Below, piece after piece: positions 10,192 to 20,206 of a stretch of 64,000 nucleotides of DNA. The stretch is from Nitrososphaeria archaeon (GTDB taxonomy: Archaea; Thermoproteota; Nitrososphaeria; JACIWG01): positions 132,385 through 196,384 of the forward strand of contig JBEKIG010000002.1 of the NCBI GenBank assembly GCA_050011875.1, read 5' to 3'. The notes under the pieces are model-generated. The model did not search any database and was not told the origin of the DNA. It was given only the letters and a program-made list of their open reading frames with translations. Positions within the stretch are counted from its first letter, which is position 1. Each line of letters opens with the position of its first letter. The position numbers and the translations under genes were made by a program.

Positions 10192-11454
10192 TTGAAATCA
10201 AGAGAAAGGGTTACGCTCGCTTTAAATCACCAGAAACCGGATCGCGTACCTCTCGACCTTGGAGGCAGTGCTGTGACCGGAATGCACGCCAGCATCGTAT
10301 ATGCCCTGCGTCAAGCTCTAAAGCTAGATCCGCCTGACAAGCCTGTCAAGGTGATTGAACCGTACCAGATGCTTGGCGAAATAGGACCAGACCTCCAAGA
10401 AGTGTTAGGTGTAGATATTGTTGGACTAAACAGCAGATCTACAATGTTTGGCTTTAAAAACGAAGTATGGAAGCCCTGGAGGCTTTTCGACGGCACACCG
10501 GTTTTAGTACCAGATAAATTTAATATAGAACCCGATTTAAAAGGCGATATCTTAATGTTTCCTCAAGGTGATGCAACTGCATCAGCATGTGCTAAAATGC
10601 CTAAAGGTGGCTTCTTCTTCGACGCAATTAACAGGCAACTCCCATTCGAATGGAACAAGCTGGATGCTGCGGATAACCTAGAAGAATTTGGAGAAATATC
10701 CAAAGAGGAGCTTGAATATTATAAAAGGGAAACAGACCGTCTTTACAACGATACAAACATGGCGATATTTGCAAGCTTTGGTGGTACAAGTTTCGGTGAC
10801 ATAGCACTGGTCCCTGGACTAAATTTAAAGAACCCAAGAGGAATAAGAGGCGTTAAGGAATGGTACATGTGCCAGATTATTAGACCGGATTATGTTTCAA
10901 AGATTTTCGAAAAACAGTGTGAAATAGCAATAGCTAATTTGGAGAAGATTAAAAAGTCAGTAGACAATAAGATAAACGTAATTTTTATAACAGGAACCGA
11001 TTTCGGGACTCAGGTCGGCCCCATTATGTCAGATGCAACATATCGCAAATTATTCAAACCCTACCACAGAATAGTTAACAGCTGGGTGCACGAACACACC
11101 CTTTGGAAGACCTTCATCCATTCCTGTGGATCTGTTGAACATTTTTTGAAAGATTTCATAGATGCAGGTTTTGACATATTGAACCCAGTTCAGACGTCTG
11201 CTGCGGGGATGGATCCCCAGTTACTTAAGATGAAATACGGTGACAAAATAGTTTTTTTGGGCGGAGGCATTGACACCCAAAGAACACTACCCTTCGGTAG
11301 CGTCGAACAGGTGAAGAAGGAAACTATAGAGCGGATTAAGATCTTTGGCAGTAATGGAGGCTTTATCTTTAATACAATCCATAATGTTCAACCGAAGGTT
11401 CCGGTGCAAAATGTTTTAGCCATGTATTCGGCTTTAAAAGAATATGGATCTTAG
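10192..11454 (+). CDS. Uroporphyrinogen decarboxylase-like / methylcobamide methyltransferase family protein
   Basis: MKSRERV...PDRVPLDLG, GTDFGTQ, FIHSCG, GGGIDTQ, FNTIHNVQ. Confidence 0.85.
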   Translation: MKSRERVTLALNHQKPDRVPLDLGGSAVTGMHASIVYALRQALKLDPPDKPVKVIEPYQMLGEIGPDLQEVLGVDIVGLNSRSTMFGFKNEVWKPWRLFDGTPVLVPDKFNIEPDLKGDILMFPQGDATASACAKMPKGGFFFDAINRQLPFEWNKLDAADNLEEFGEISKEELEYYKRETDRLYNDTNMAIFASFGGTSFGDIALVPGLNLKNPRGIRGVKEWYMCQIIRPDYVSKIFEKQCEIAIANLEKIKKSVDNKINVIFITGTDFGTQVGPIMSDATYRKLFKPYHRIVNSWVHEHTLWKTFIHSCGSVEHFLKDFIDAGFDILNPVQTSAAGMDPQLLKMKYGDKIVFLGGGIDTQRTLPFGSVEQVKKETIERIKIFGSNGGFIFNTIHNVQPKVPVQNVLAMYSALKEYGS

Positions 11455-11736
11455 TCGGAACCTTTTACAGAAGAATAGATACAAAATTTCGTTCAGATAT
11501 GAAAGCGGGATATGAATTTTGAAGAAGGAAGCTAAAAGAATTGGAAAGCAAAATGAACTAAGCATACCGATATACTAACAGGGTCAAAAAGAAAAGTTAA
11601 GGCGATCAGGACCTTAACGGTAAGGATCGTTAAAGAACCCTTTATCCTTTAGATTTAAAGACAACTACCTATTTAACTGGGAACAGCCTATAAACACGCT
11701 TAAAGAAGGCTTTAACCTTTAAATCACTTCATGCGG

Positions 11737-11930
11737 TTAAAGGATTAAAGCTTTAATTTAAAGGATTTAAAGAAATTTAAAGAGATTTAAAGAACAGTTA
11801 AAGGGTTTAAAGGCTCTTTAAAGAGTCTTTAAAGGATAGTTTAAAGGAATTTAAAGACTTTTAAAGGCTTTAAAAAACCAGTTTAAAGAGATTTTAAAGA
11901 AAATTTAAAGAGCTGTTAAAGGATTTAAAG
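11737..11930 (+). repeat. Helically phased (T)TTAAAG array
   Basis: 18 exact TTAAAG copies at 11737, 11745, 11758, 11767, 11777, 11787, 11798, 11807, 11818, 11829, 11841, 11851, 11861, 11883, 11894, 11905, 11916, 11925, plus TTAAAA at 11870; outliers at 11630, 11655, 11700. Confidence 0.95.
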
Positions 11931-11945
11931 ACAAAACTTTTATTC
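11931..11945 (+). promoter_or_regulatory. BRE/TATA promoter of ilvE (likely leaderless transcript)
   Basis: ACAAAAC-TTTTATTC about 32 nt upstream of ATG 11971. Confidence 0.55.
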
Positions 11946-11970
11946 TATTGTTTAGACCCTAACTATTCGA

Positions 11971-12888
11971 ATGCCTGAAAAAACTGATAAAATATGGTTG
12001 GACGGTAAGTTTGTCGACTGGGAAGAAGCAAAGGTCCACGTTTTGGTTAATGGTCTACACTATGGTACAGGAGTATTCGAAGGTATCAGATGTTATAAGA
12101 CAGAAAAAGGCTATGCCATCTTCAGGCTTAAAGAACACATTAACCGATTTTACAATTCAGCAAAAATATATTTTATGACCTTACCATTTTCCAAAGAGAC
12201 CATTGTTGACACAATAAAAGAACTAATTAGATTAAATGGGTTAAATGAATATTACATCAGGCCCATCGCTTTCAGAGGTTTTGGTCCGGGAACCTTAGAT
12301 AGCCGTCAACATCCAGTGCAGGTTGCCATCGCTGTTTGGCCTTTAGGAGCTTATCTAGGTGAAGCAAAGGAAAAGGGTGCTAGGTGCACATTTTCTTCTT
12401 GGGTCCGAATTCAAAATTCTATGCTTCCAATGATGGCTAAAGCAACTGGTCAATATCTCAACTCAGTTTTAGCTTCTACGGAAGCTCATATGAAAGGTTT
12501 TGATGAAGCTATAATGCTGGATTCAAGGGGATTTGTATCAGAAGGGCCAGGAGAAAACCTGTTCCTAGTTAAGGATAGCGTAATATTCACTCCATCGAGT
12601 GCATCATCTATCCTTTTGGGTATTACTCGTGATACAATTATTAAGCTTGCTCAGGATTTAAAATACAAAGTTGTCGAAAAAGACGTTTTAAAGGAGGAGG
12701 TTTTCTTGGCAGATGAACTATTCTTTACCGGCACAGCCGCTGAAGTTACTCCAATAGTGGAGGTTGACCATCGATTGATAGGCGAAGGAAAAGTTGGCCC
12801 TGTCTCCAAGACTTTAAGAAAGAAATTCTTCGAAACAATACGAAGTGCTGACGTCAAATATAAGGAGTGGCTTGAGTTTATCGAATAA
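11971..12888 (+). CDS. ilvE: Branched-chain amino acid aminotransferase
   Basis: LHYGTGVFEGIRCY, YIRP, AKATGQY (PLP Lys), EGPGENLF, LLGITR, FTGTAAEVTP. Confidence 0.95.
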   Translation: MPEKTDKIWLDGKFVDWEEAKVHVLVNGLHYGTGVFEGIRCYKTEKGYAIFRLKEHINRFYNSAKIYFMTLPFSKETIVDTIKELIRLNGLNEYYIRPIAFRGFGPGTLDSRQHPVQVAIAVWPLGAYLGEAKEKGARCTFSSWVRIQNSMLPMMAKATGQYLNSVLASTEAHMKGFDEAIMLDSRGFVSEGPGENLFLVKDSVIFTPSSASSILLGITRDTIIKLAQDLKYKVVEKDVLKEEVFLADELFFTGTAAEVTPIVEVDHRLIGEGKVGPVSKTLRKKFFETIRSADVKYKEWLEFIE

Positions 12889-13065
12889 CTCCCAAGGATC
12901 AAATAGTATTAGCGTACCATATTTTGGAATTCTATTTTATTATCCAATACGAACCTGACAATCTATGGCATATAAATAGGAAGATTTATTAGAATAATTT
13001 ATGAACCTCTTCTTCTATGAAACCACTAGAGATATTTTGTGTGGGTTACAAAAGCAAGACTTAGA

Positions 13066-14640
13066 ATGTCCTCCTCTGAATTTAAATCATTACGTAAAGG
13101 AAAAAGTGTTGAGATCTATGACACAACATTGAGGGATGGCGCACAGGCAACAGGTGTAGCATTTTCTCTCGAAGACAAACTGAAGATAACAAAAAGGTTA
13201 GACGGCTTTGTGGATTTCATTGAAGGCGGTTGGCCGAGTTCAAATCCCAAAGACTTGGAATATTTTAAGGCTGCTCGAAAGCTTAAACTCAGTTCCAGAA
13301 TATCTGCTTTTGGAAGCACGATGAGGGTTGGTCTGGACCCTGAAGATGACGTAAACCTGTCGAACCTATTGCAGGCCGCCGATGTGGTCGCAATATTCGG
13401 AAAATCCTGGGGGTTACATATTAGAAAAGTTCTGAGAACAACACCGTCAGAAAATCTGAGGTTGATTAAGGAATCTGTGAACTTCATAAAAAAGAATGGC
13501 GCAACAACAATTTACGATGCTGAACATTTCTTTGACGGTTATGTTGATGACAGAGAATACGCTCTAAAAACACTCGATGCCGCTGGATCAGCAGACGTAA
13601 TAGTGCTCTGCGACACTAACGGAGGCAGAACACCTTCAGAAATATATAGAATAGTACAGGATGTCAGAAACAGGGTCAATAAACCTCTGGGTATACATGC
13701 ACATAACGACGCAGGATGCGCTGTAGCCAACACTCTTATGGCTGTAGAGGCAGGAGCGAAGCATGTACAAGCAACCGTTAATGGCCTAGGTGAAAGAGCT
13801 GGAAACGCAGACCTAACATCTGTTTTGCCGGCTCTTAAATTTAAGATGGGTTTAACTGTGAAAGATCTGAGAGGTTTGACCCGTTTATCGAGCTTTGTAT
13901 ATGAGATCGCTAATATCCAAAATGATCCTTATCAGCCGTACGTAGGTAAATACGTCTTTTCACATAAAGGTGGAATACACGTAGACGCTATGCTAAAGAG
14001 TGATCAAAGTTATGAGCACTTGAATCCAGGTCTTGTGGGAAATAGCAGGAACGTTTCCGTTTCCGAACAGTCAGGCAAGGCCAGCATTGTCGCAAAAGCT
14101 ACCGAGTTTGGATTAAAACTTAATAAATCTGACCCTAAGGTTGAAGAAATATTGCAGAGCGTAAAGGAATATGAGAAAGACGGTTACAAATTCGAAAACG
14201 CTGAAGGCTCTCTTTACCTTCTTATGTTAAGGAAGCTTGGTCCTAAAAAGAATCTATTCGACGTCGCCTCCTGGACAGCTATAGTATATAGCGATGGAGA
14301 TAAAGTCGTAGCTGATAGCACCGTAACAATAAGGGTCGGGAAAAAAATCATTCACACCGCGTCGCAAGGGAATGGCCCCGTACATTCATTGGATCTCGCT
14401 TTGAGAAAAGCTTTGAAGGAAGTATACCCACAGGCTGAAAAGATGAAACTTGCAGGATACCGAGTTAAGGAAATCGATTCTGACAAGGGGACGGCTGCCA
14501 AAGTTAGGGTGCTCATCGATTTTTCTAACAGTCACAGAAGTTGGAGCACCGTGGGTGTGTCGGAAAATATTCTTGAGGCTTCGAAGATAGCGTTGATTGA
14601 CGGATACAGGTATTTCCTAGTTATAAAGCAAAAAGATTAG
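13066..14640 (+). CDS. cimA: Citramalate synthase
   Basis: DTTLRDGAQ, IEGGWPSSNPKD, FGKSW, DAEHFFDG, LCDTNGG, HAHND, HKGGIH; C-terminal regulatory domain GNGPVH. Confidence 0.88.
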   Translation: MSSSEFKSLRKGKSVEIYDTTLRDGAQATGVAFSLEDKLKITKRLDGFVDFIEGGWPSSNPKDLEYFKAARKLKLSSRISAFGSTMRVGLDPEDDVNLSNLLQAADVVAIFGKSWGLHIRKVLRTTPSENLRLIKESVNFIKKNGATTIYDAEHFFDGYVDDREYALKTLDAAGSADVIVLCDTNGGRTPSEIYRIVQDVRNRVNKPLGIHAHNDAGCAVANTLMAVEAGAKHVQATVNGLGERAGNADLTSVLPALKFKMGLTVKDLRGLTRLSSFVYEIANIQNDPYQPYVGKYVFSHKGGIHVDAMLKSDQSYEHLNPGLVGNSRNVSVSEQSGKASIVAKATEFGLKLNKSDPKVEEILQSVKEYEKDGYKFENAEGSLYLLMLRKLGPKKNLFDVASWTAIVYSDGDKVVADSTVTIRVGKKIIHTASQGNGPVHSLDLALRKALKEVYPQAEKMKLAGYRVKEIDSDKGTAAKVRVLIDFSNSHRSWSTVGVSENILEASKIALIDGYRYFLVIKQKD

Positions 14641-14713
14641 CCAGAGTAAAACGTAGTATATAAGATGCAAATTAATAGAAGATCAGGTGCGCCCTCTACA
14701 CTGAATTATCCGA

Positions 14714-16369
14714 TCAACTTTGTAAAATGCAGCCTATACTTGCTGAGCTAACATCTCGGCTATATCTAAGCAGGAACTTGGATTTCATTTCCTTACCCTT
14801 ATATTTCCAGTTTGCCTTTCTTTCCTCAACTTCTTCTCTGTCGACCAACAGATCTAGCCTTCTTTTTGGGACATCAATTTTTATCATGTCTCCGTCTTTA
14901 ACGATTGCAATCGGACCTCCCACCGCTGCTTCAGGTGATACGTGCCCAACTGCGGGCCCCCTACTACCACCGGAGAATCTACCATCTGTAACAAGAGCTA
15001 TATCTTTGTCAAGGCCCATTCCTACAACAGCGCTGGTTGGGCTCAGCATCTCGCGCATTCCTGGACCACCTTTGGGCCCTTCATATCTTATGACGAGGAC
15101 TGACCCTTTCTCTATGTGTCCGTTGATTATCGCATCGAATGCTTTCTCTTCTCCGTCAAAAACCTTTGAGCTTCCTTCAAATACGAAGTCATTGTCTTTC
15201 AAAGCCGCAGTTTTCATTACAGCTCCTTCAGGGGATAGGCTTCCTCTGAGAATGGCTAATCCTCCGGAAGGACGAACCGGATCATCGATACTATGTATTA
15301 CGTTGGAATCTAATATCTGAGCTTTGCTTAATATCTCTCCAACCGTCTTCCCTGACACCGTTGGATTCTGAAGGTTAAGTTTAGACTTAAGTCTCAGCAT
15401 AAGGGCAGGAACACCGCCGGCTCTATGTAGATCTTCGACCATGTATTCTCCTCCTGGATAAATAGGCGCTATATGAGGTACGGTTCTGCTTATTACGTCG
15501 AAGTCGTCAAGTTTGAGTTCCCCTCCTGCTTCACTGTTTATTGCAAGAAGATGCAACACCGTGTTAGACGACCCCCCAAGAGCCATATCCACCATTATTG
15601 CATTTTCAAAGTTTTTCCTAGTCATGAACTGACGAAAATTACAGCCTTCCCTAATTAGCTCGACAGCGCGTACACCGGTTTTATAAGCCAGCTCTCTTCT
15701 TTGCGGACTTTCGGCTGGGCAGGTTCCAGAATAAGGCAATGACAGGCCCATTGCTTCAGATAATATAGCCATCGTGTTTGCCGTGAACAGACCGCTACAT
15801 GAACCGGGTCCAGGGCAAGCTTTCCTCTCAATCTCCAAGAGATCACAATATTTCATCTTACCCTTCTCGTATTCTCCTACCGCTTCGAACACGTCTATGA
15901 GACCCACTTTCTTTCCGTGAAACCTTCCAGCTTTCATCGGGCCACCTGTAATAAGTATGGAGGGAAGGTCTAATCGGGCGGCGGCCATCAACATGCCCGG
16001 TGTTATCTTATCGCAATTCGATAACATAACTATGCCATCGAGTGCGTGAGCTTTCATCATTATCTCAACGGAATCTGCGATCACTTCTCTGGAGGGAAGT
16101 GAATATTTCATGCCTTCATGGCCCATTGCTATTCCATCGTCTACAGCTATCGTGTTGAACTCGAATGGCACCCCTCCAGCGTCCTTTATCCCTTTTTTCA
16201 CATACTGAACAAGTTTTCTTAGATGTATGTGTCCGGGAACAATCTCTGAATAACTGTTAGCTATGCCTACGAATGGTTTTTCGAAGTCTTCATCTCGAAG
16301 TCCAACAGCCCTTAACAGTGAACGATGAGGTGCCCTTTCAGCCCCTTCCTTTACACGCCTGCTTTCCAT
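14714..16369 (-). CDS. ilvD: Dihydroxy-acid dehydratase
   Basis: [58 protein letters not shown]. Confidence 0.96.
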   Translation of the reverse strand: MESRRVKEGAERAPHRSLLRAVGLRDEDFEKPFVGIANSYSEIVPGHIHLRKLVQYVKKGIKDAGGVPFEFNTIAVDDGIAMGHEGMKYSLPSREVIADSVEIMMKAHALDGIVMLSNCDKITPGMLMAAARLDLPSILITGGPMKAGRFHGKKVGLIDVFEAVGEYEKGKMKYCDLLEIERKACPGPGSCSGLFTANTMAILSEAMGLSLPYSGTCPAESPQRRELAYKTGVRAVELIREGCNFRQFMTRKNFENAIMVDMALGGSSNTVLHLLAINSEAGGELKLDDFDVISRTVPHIAPIYPGGEYMVEDLHRAGGVPALMLRLKSKLNLQNPTVSGKTVGEILSKAQILDSNVIHSIDDPVRPSGGLAILRGSLSPEGAVMKTAALKDNDFVFEGSSKVFDGEEKAFDAIINGHIEKGSVLVIRYEGPKGGPGMREMLSPTSAVVGMGLDKDIALVTDGRFSGGSRGPAVGHVSPEAAVGGPIAIVKDGDMIKIDVPKRRLDLLVDREEVEERKANWKYKGKEMKSKFLLRYSRDVSSASIGCILQS

Positions 16370-16800
16370 AAAAAAATCAACAACCTGATCTTCATATATA
16401 AACGTATCCATCCTCGAACCTGTATCAACTATTATACCGAAGGATTCCTTAAATCTTAAAGGAGACGATTGAGCATAAGACTAATATTCTCATAGGAACA
16501 GTTACTCCGACTTTGTTGTGTGCTTATCAATAGATTTTCACCCAGATTCAAATTTATTGATCTAAACAAGAGAAGGTAAAATGGGTTGATAATCTGATAA
16601 AAAACAGAATTTCAGCAAAAGCTGCAGGTAAAGACCTTTGGTAGCTGATGCCAAGAAGCTCACTAACCTTAATTTAAGTACGATTACGCCGCAATCAAAA
16701 AGATCTTCTAATCAAGGAACTTGGGATGAAAATTTTTAACTTAAGCATATGCCCCATTTTGATAGAACGATTACATTATCCAAATTAAGTACCTCATCAC

Positions 16801-16815
16801 CGATAAGTTTATTAA
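16801..16815 (+). promoter_or_regulatory. BRE/TATA promoter of the ilvB operon leader
   Basis: CGATAAG-TTTATTAA, 33 nt before ATG 16841, nearly the same geometry as the ilvE promoter. Confidence 0.55.
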
Positions 16816-16840
16816 AACAGTCTTCACTAGCCGATGAGCA

Positions 16841-16912
16841 ATGCATATATTGGTTAGTGGAAAGAGGCGAGTGCTTGGGCACTTAATTGTCCTTTTAATC
16901 CCTCTTATTTAG
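16841..16912 (+). CDS. Putative Ile/Leu/Val-rich leader peptide MHILVSGKRRVLGHLIVLLIPLI
   Basis: 23 codons, 13 I/L/V, 8 of the last 9; ends 39 nt before the ilvB TTG start. Confidence 0.5.
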   Translation: MHILVSGKRRVLGHLIVLLIPLI

Positions 16913-16951
16913 ACCACACGATTTTATTTATATTGGAAAGTGATAATAAAT

Positions 16952-18640
16952 TTGGTTGAAATCTCTGGCGCTCAGGCTCTTATCGAGTCCTTGAAGAGAG
17001 AGAAGGTTAAAGAAATCTTCGGAATCCCTGGAGGATCCGTGCTACCTTTATACGACGCCCTCTACAAATCGGGTATAAGACATATTCTAGCCCATCACGA
17101 GCAGTGCGCTGCACATATGGCTGACGGCTACGCTCGAGCAAGCGGCTTCCCAGGTACATGTATAGCCACATCTGGGCCCGGTGCCACAAATATTGTAACA
17201 GGCATAGCTACAGCATACATGGACTCATCGCCTATTATAGCCTTCACAGGGCAGGTTGTCAGGGCGATGATAGGAAAGGACGGGTTCCAAGAGGCGGACA
17301 TCATAGGTATAACGACTCCAATCACTAAATATAATGTTCAAGTAAAAGATGCGTTAGAAATACCTACGACAGTTAAAAAAGCCTTCTATATAGCTTCAAC
17401 AGGTAGGCCTGGCCCCGTTCTGGTAGATCTTCCCAAAGATGTGCAGACAGAATCAGCCGAGATGGACTTTTCATCCACATTTGAACTCAGAGGCTACAAG
17501 CCGAATACAGACCCACATCCGATACAGGTTAAAAGAGCCGTAGAACTTCTGCTCATGGCTGAACGTCCCATCATGTTGGCAGGCGGCGGTGTAATAATTT
17601 CAAATTCCTCGCAAGAGGCACTTAAACTAGCCGAATTATTGCTGATGCCTATCGCAACGTCTTTAATGGGTAAGGGAAGCATTCCAGAAACCCATCCTCT
17701 ATCCTTAGGAATGGTTGGCATGCACGGAAAAGCCGAAGCTAATAAATTGATAACCGAATCCGACGTTCTATTGGCAGTGGGTCTACGTTTTTCAGACAGG
17801 ACAACATGTCGATTGGACCAGTTCTGCCCAGATGCCAAGATAATACACATAGACATCGACTCTGCAGAGATTGGAAAGAACGCTAAAGTCGACTTGCCTA
17901 TAGTGGCTGATGCGAAGAAAACCCTGACGCAGATTTATGAGCAGATAGTTCAAAAGACGATCAAGAGAGAAAAGTCGACCTGGTTTGATAGAATTCAACA
18001 GGTTAAAAATCAACTGCAGAATAAGAATCACAACAATGGAGTCAGTATAAAGCCTTCGGATATAATAACTGAGTTAAGGAGAAGCCTGCCGAATAACGCT
18101 ATTGTGACCACAGAAGTAGGTCAACATCAGATGTGGGCCGCCCTCTATTTCCAAGCTCTTGAACCCAGAACTTTCATAACTTCCGGGGGACTAGGAACGA
18201 TGGGTTTCGGCTTTCCTGCGGCACTTGGCGCCAAGGTAGCTAAACCGGATGTACCCGTAGTTGACATAGCTGGAGACGGCAGTTTCATAATGACCGAGCA
18301 GGATTTAGCAACTTCTACCTTGGAGAAAATACCTATAACCGTAGTCATATTGAACAACTCTATGCTCGGTATGGTCGCACAGTGGCAAAGGTTCTTCTAT
18401 GACAGGCGATACTCTGCTTCTGAGTTAAAGAACGTTCCCGATTTCATCAAACTCGCAGAGGCGTATGGTGCGCATGGAGTTCGCGTGGAATCGTGTGAGG
18501 ATTTTTCGAGGGCGATCAAGAATGTGCTGAAAAGCGAAATAACCACGGTTATAGATGTCCCAATTTCCCCAGAAGAAAACGTGCTTCCAATGGTTCCTGC
18601 AGGGATGGGGTTAAAGGATATGATGGTTGATAGTGAATAA
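16952..18640 (+). CDS. ilvB: Acetolactate synthase large subunit
   Basis: [65 protein letters not shown]; alternative start GTG 16940. Confidence 0.95.
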   Translation: MVEISGAQALIESLKREKVKEIFGIPGGSVLPLYDALYKSGIRHILAHHEQCAAHMADGYARASGFPGTCIATSGPGATNIVTGIATAYMDSSPIIAFTGQVVRAMIGKDGFQEADIIGITTPITKYNVQVKDALEIPTTVKKAFYIASTGRPGPVLVDLPKDVQTESAEMDFSSTFELRGYKPNTDPHPIQVKRAVELLLMAERPIMLAGGGVIISNSSQEALKLAELLLMPIATSLMGKGSIPETHPLSLGMVGMHGKAEANKLITESDVLLAVGLRFSDRTTCRLDQFCPDAKIIHIDIDSAEIGKNAKVDLPIVADAKKTLTQIYEQIVQKTIKREKSTWFDRIQQVKNQLQNKNHNNGVSIKPSDIITELRRSLPNNAIVTTEVGQHQMWAALYFQALEPRTFITSGGLGTMGFGFPAALGAKVAKPDVPVVDIAGDGSFIMTEQDLATSTLEKIPITVVILNNSMLGMVAQWQRFFYDRRYSASELKNVPDFIKLAEAYGAHGVRVESCEDFSRAIKNVLKSEITTVIDVPISPEENVLPMVPAGMGLKDMMVDSE

Positions 18641-18642
18641 AA

Positions 18643-19176
18643 ATGTCGGTTAAACAGACATATGTAATAGGTGCTCTTGTCGAGAATAAACCTGGTGTCC
18701 TATATGAAGTTTCGAACATGTTCAGAAGGAGAGGTTTTAATATAGAAAGCATATCCGTGGGTGTCACAGAGCAGAAGGACCTTTCTAGGATGACGATAAC
18801 GGTTAACGGGGATGAAAGGACAATCGAACAGGTCATTAAGCAACTGAACAAAATCATCAACGTAGTGAAGGTTTCGATACTGAATCCAAAAACTACTGTA
18901 GTAAGAGAGATGGCGCTTATCAAGGTGCACACGACGGATTCGAAGGCTAGGTCCGACGTTATCCAGTATGTCGACGTTTTTAGAGGCCATATAGTCGACG
19001 TCTCATCAGACTCACTTATAGCTGAGATAACAGGTGACTCCGAAAAAATTGACGCATTCATAGAATTGGTTACATCCTTCGGCATCAAGGAAGTTGCTCG
19101 GACAGGTATCACAGCTCTGTCACGAGGCGCAAAAGTTATTAAGAGTAGTCAAGAGTTGGTTAAGGAGGCTATTTGA
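18643..19176 (+). CDS. ilvN: Acetolactate synthase small (regulatory) subunit
   Basis: VENKPGVL...[17 protein letters not shown] domain; EVARTG. Confidence 0.95.
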   Translation: MSVKQTYVIGALVENKPGVLYEVSNMFRRRGFNIESISVGVTEQKDLSRMTITVNGDERTIEQVIKQLNKIINVVKVSILNPKTTVVREMALIKVHTTDSKARSDVIQYVDVFRGHIVDVSSDSLIAEITGDSEKIDAFIELVTSFGIKEVARTGITALSRGAKVIKSSQELVKEAI

Positions 19177-19177
19177 A

Positions 19178-20173
19178 ATGGTAAAGATATATTATGACAA
19201 AGATGTGGACGTATCAGTTTTAGAAGGAAAAAAAATAGCGGTTATAGGCTATGGCAGCCAGGGAAACGCTCAGGCAAACTGCCTAAAGGACTCCGGACTA
19301 AATGTAATAATAGGCTTGCGGCCTAAAGGGAAATCTTGGGAGAAAGCTGAGAAAGATGGATTTGATGTCTATGCAATAGATGATGCGGTTAAGAGAAGTG
19401 ACATCATTCATATTCTCATACCCGACACCGCTCAGCCTTCAGTCTACAAGGAGCTGATTGCGCCATATCTAAAACCCGGAAAGGCTTTAGGTTTTTCGCA
19501 CGGTTTTAACATCCATTTTAAAACCATCGTTCCCCCCCACGACGTAGATGTCATTATGGTAGCTCCAAAGGGACCCGGACCCTCAGTTCGGGAATTATAT
19601 CTAAGCAAATTTGGAGTTCCGTCTTTGATAGCCGTACAGCAAGACTACTCAGGTAAGGCGAAGCAAACAGCTCTGGCAATAGCCAAATCCCTCGGAAGCA
19701 CAAAAGCAGGTGTCATAGAGACGACATTTAAGGATGAAACTGAAAGCGACCTTATAGGAGAGCAGATAGTCCTTGTCGGAGGGATAATTGAGCTTATAAG
19801 AAATGGATTCGAAGTCCTTGTCAAACTCGGATATCCACCGGAGCTGTCTTACTTTGAAGCGTGCAATGAAGCTAAACTTATCATCGACCAGATCTATTCA
19901 AGCGGCATATCAGGTATGCTTATGGCCGTCTCGGACACCGCCAAGTATGGTGGGATGACCGTCGGGCCCAAGGTGATAGATGCTCATGTAAGAGAGAATA
20001 TGGAGAAGGCTGCAAAAAGGGTTCAAAATGGCGAATTTGCCAAAGAATGGTTGAAAGAAGATGCAGAAGGAAGGAAAGTCTTTAATTCTTTACTGAAACA
20101 GTGGCAGGAACATCAGCTAGAGAAAGTTGGCGCTTCAATGCGGTCGATGTCTGGAGTTGGAAAAAAGAAGTAA
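19178..20173 (+). CDS. ilvC: Ketol-acid reductoisomerase
   Basis: [40 protein letters not shown]. Confidence 0.96.
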   Translation: MVKIYYDKDVDVSVLEGKKIAVIGYGSQGNAQANCLKDSGLNVIIGLRPKGKSWEKAEKDGFDVYAIDDAVKRSDIIHILIPDTAQPSVYKELIAPYLKPGKALGFSHGFNIHFKTIVPPHDVDVIMVAPKGPGPSVRELYLSKFGVPSLIAVQQDYSGKAKQTALAIAKSLGSTKAGVIETTFKDETESDLIGEQIVLVGGIIELIRNGFEVLVKLGYPPELSYFEACNEAKLIIDQIYSSGISGMLMAVSDTAKYGGMTVGPKVIDAHVRENMEKAAKRVQNGEFAKEWLKEDAEGRKVFNSLLKQWQEHQLEKVGASMRSMSGVGKKK

Positions 20174-20206
20174 TTTTTTCTTTTATACTCGCTTGGTGGC
20201 ATAACA

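Noticed and set aside
11737-11930. CRISPR array or coding repeat
   Set aside because: The unit is 6-7 bp with spacers of only a few bases, there are no cas genes, and TAA stops occur on both strands
14727-15320. Long antisense ORFs (also 18549-19112, 22611-23042, 37355-37891 and similar)
   Set aside because: Shadow frames opposite well-supported conserved genes, with no motifs of their own
16530-16665. Decayed ilvB-like fragment (PLVADAKK)
   Set aside because: Short match only; flanking similarity and spacing do not agree with ilvB
16820-16940. TPP riboswitch, T-box or C/D-box sRNA upstream of ilvB
   Set aside because: Lacks the CUGAGA/ACCUGA TPP core, the T-box motif and CUGA D boxes
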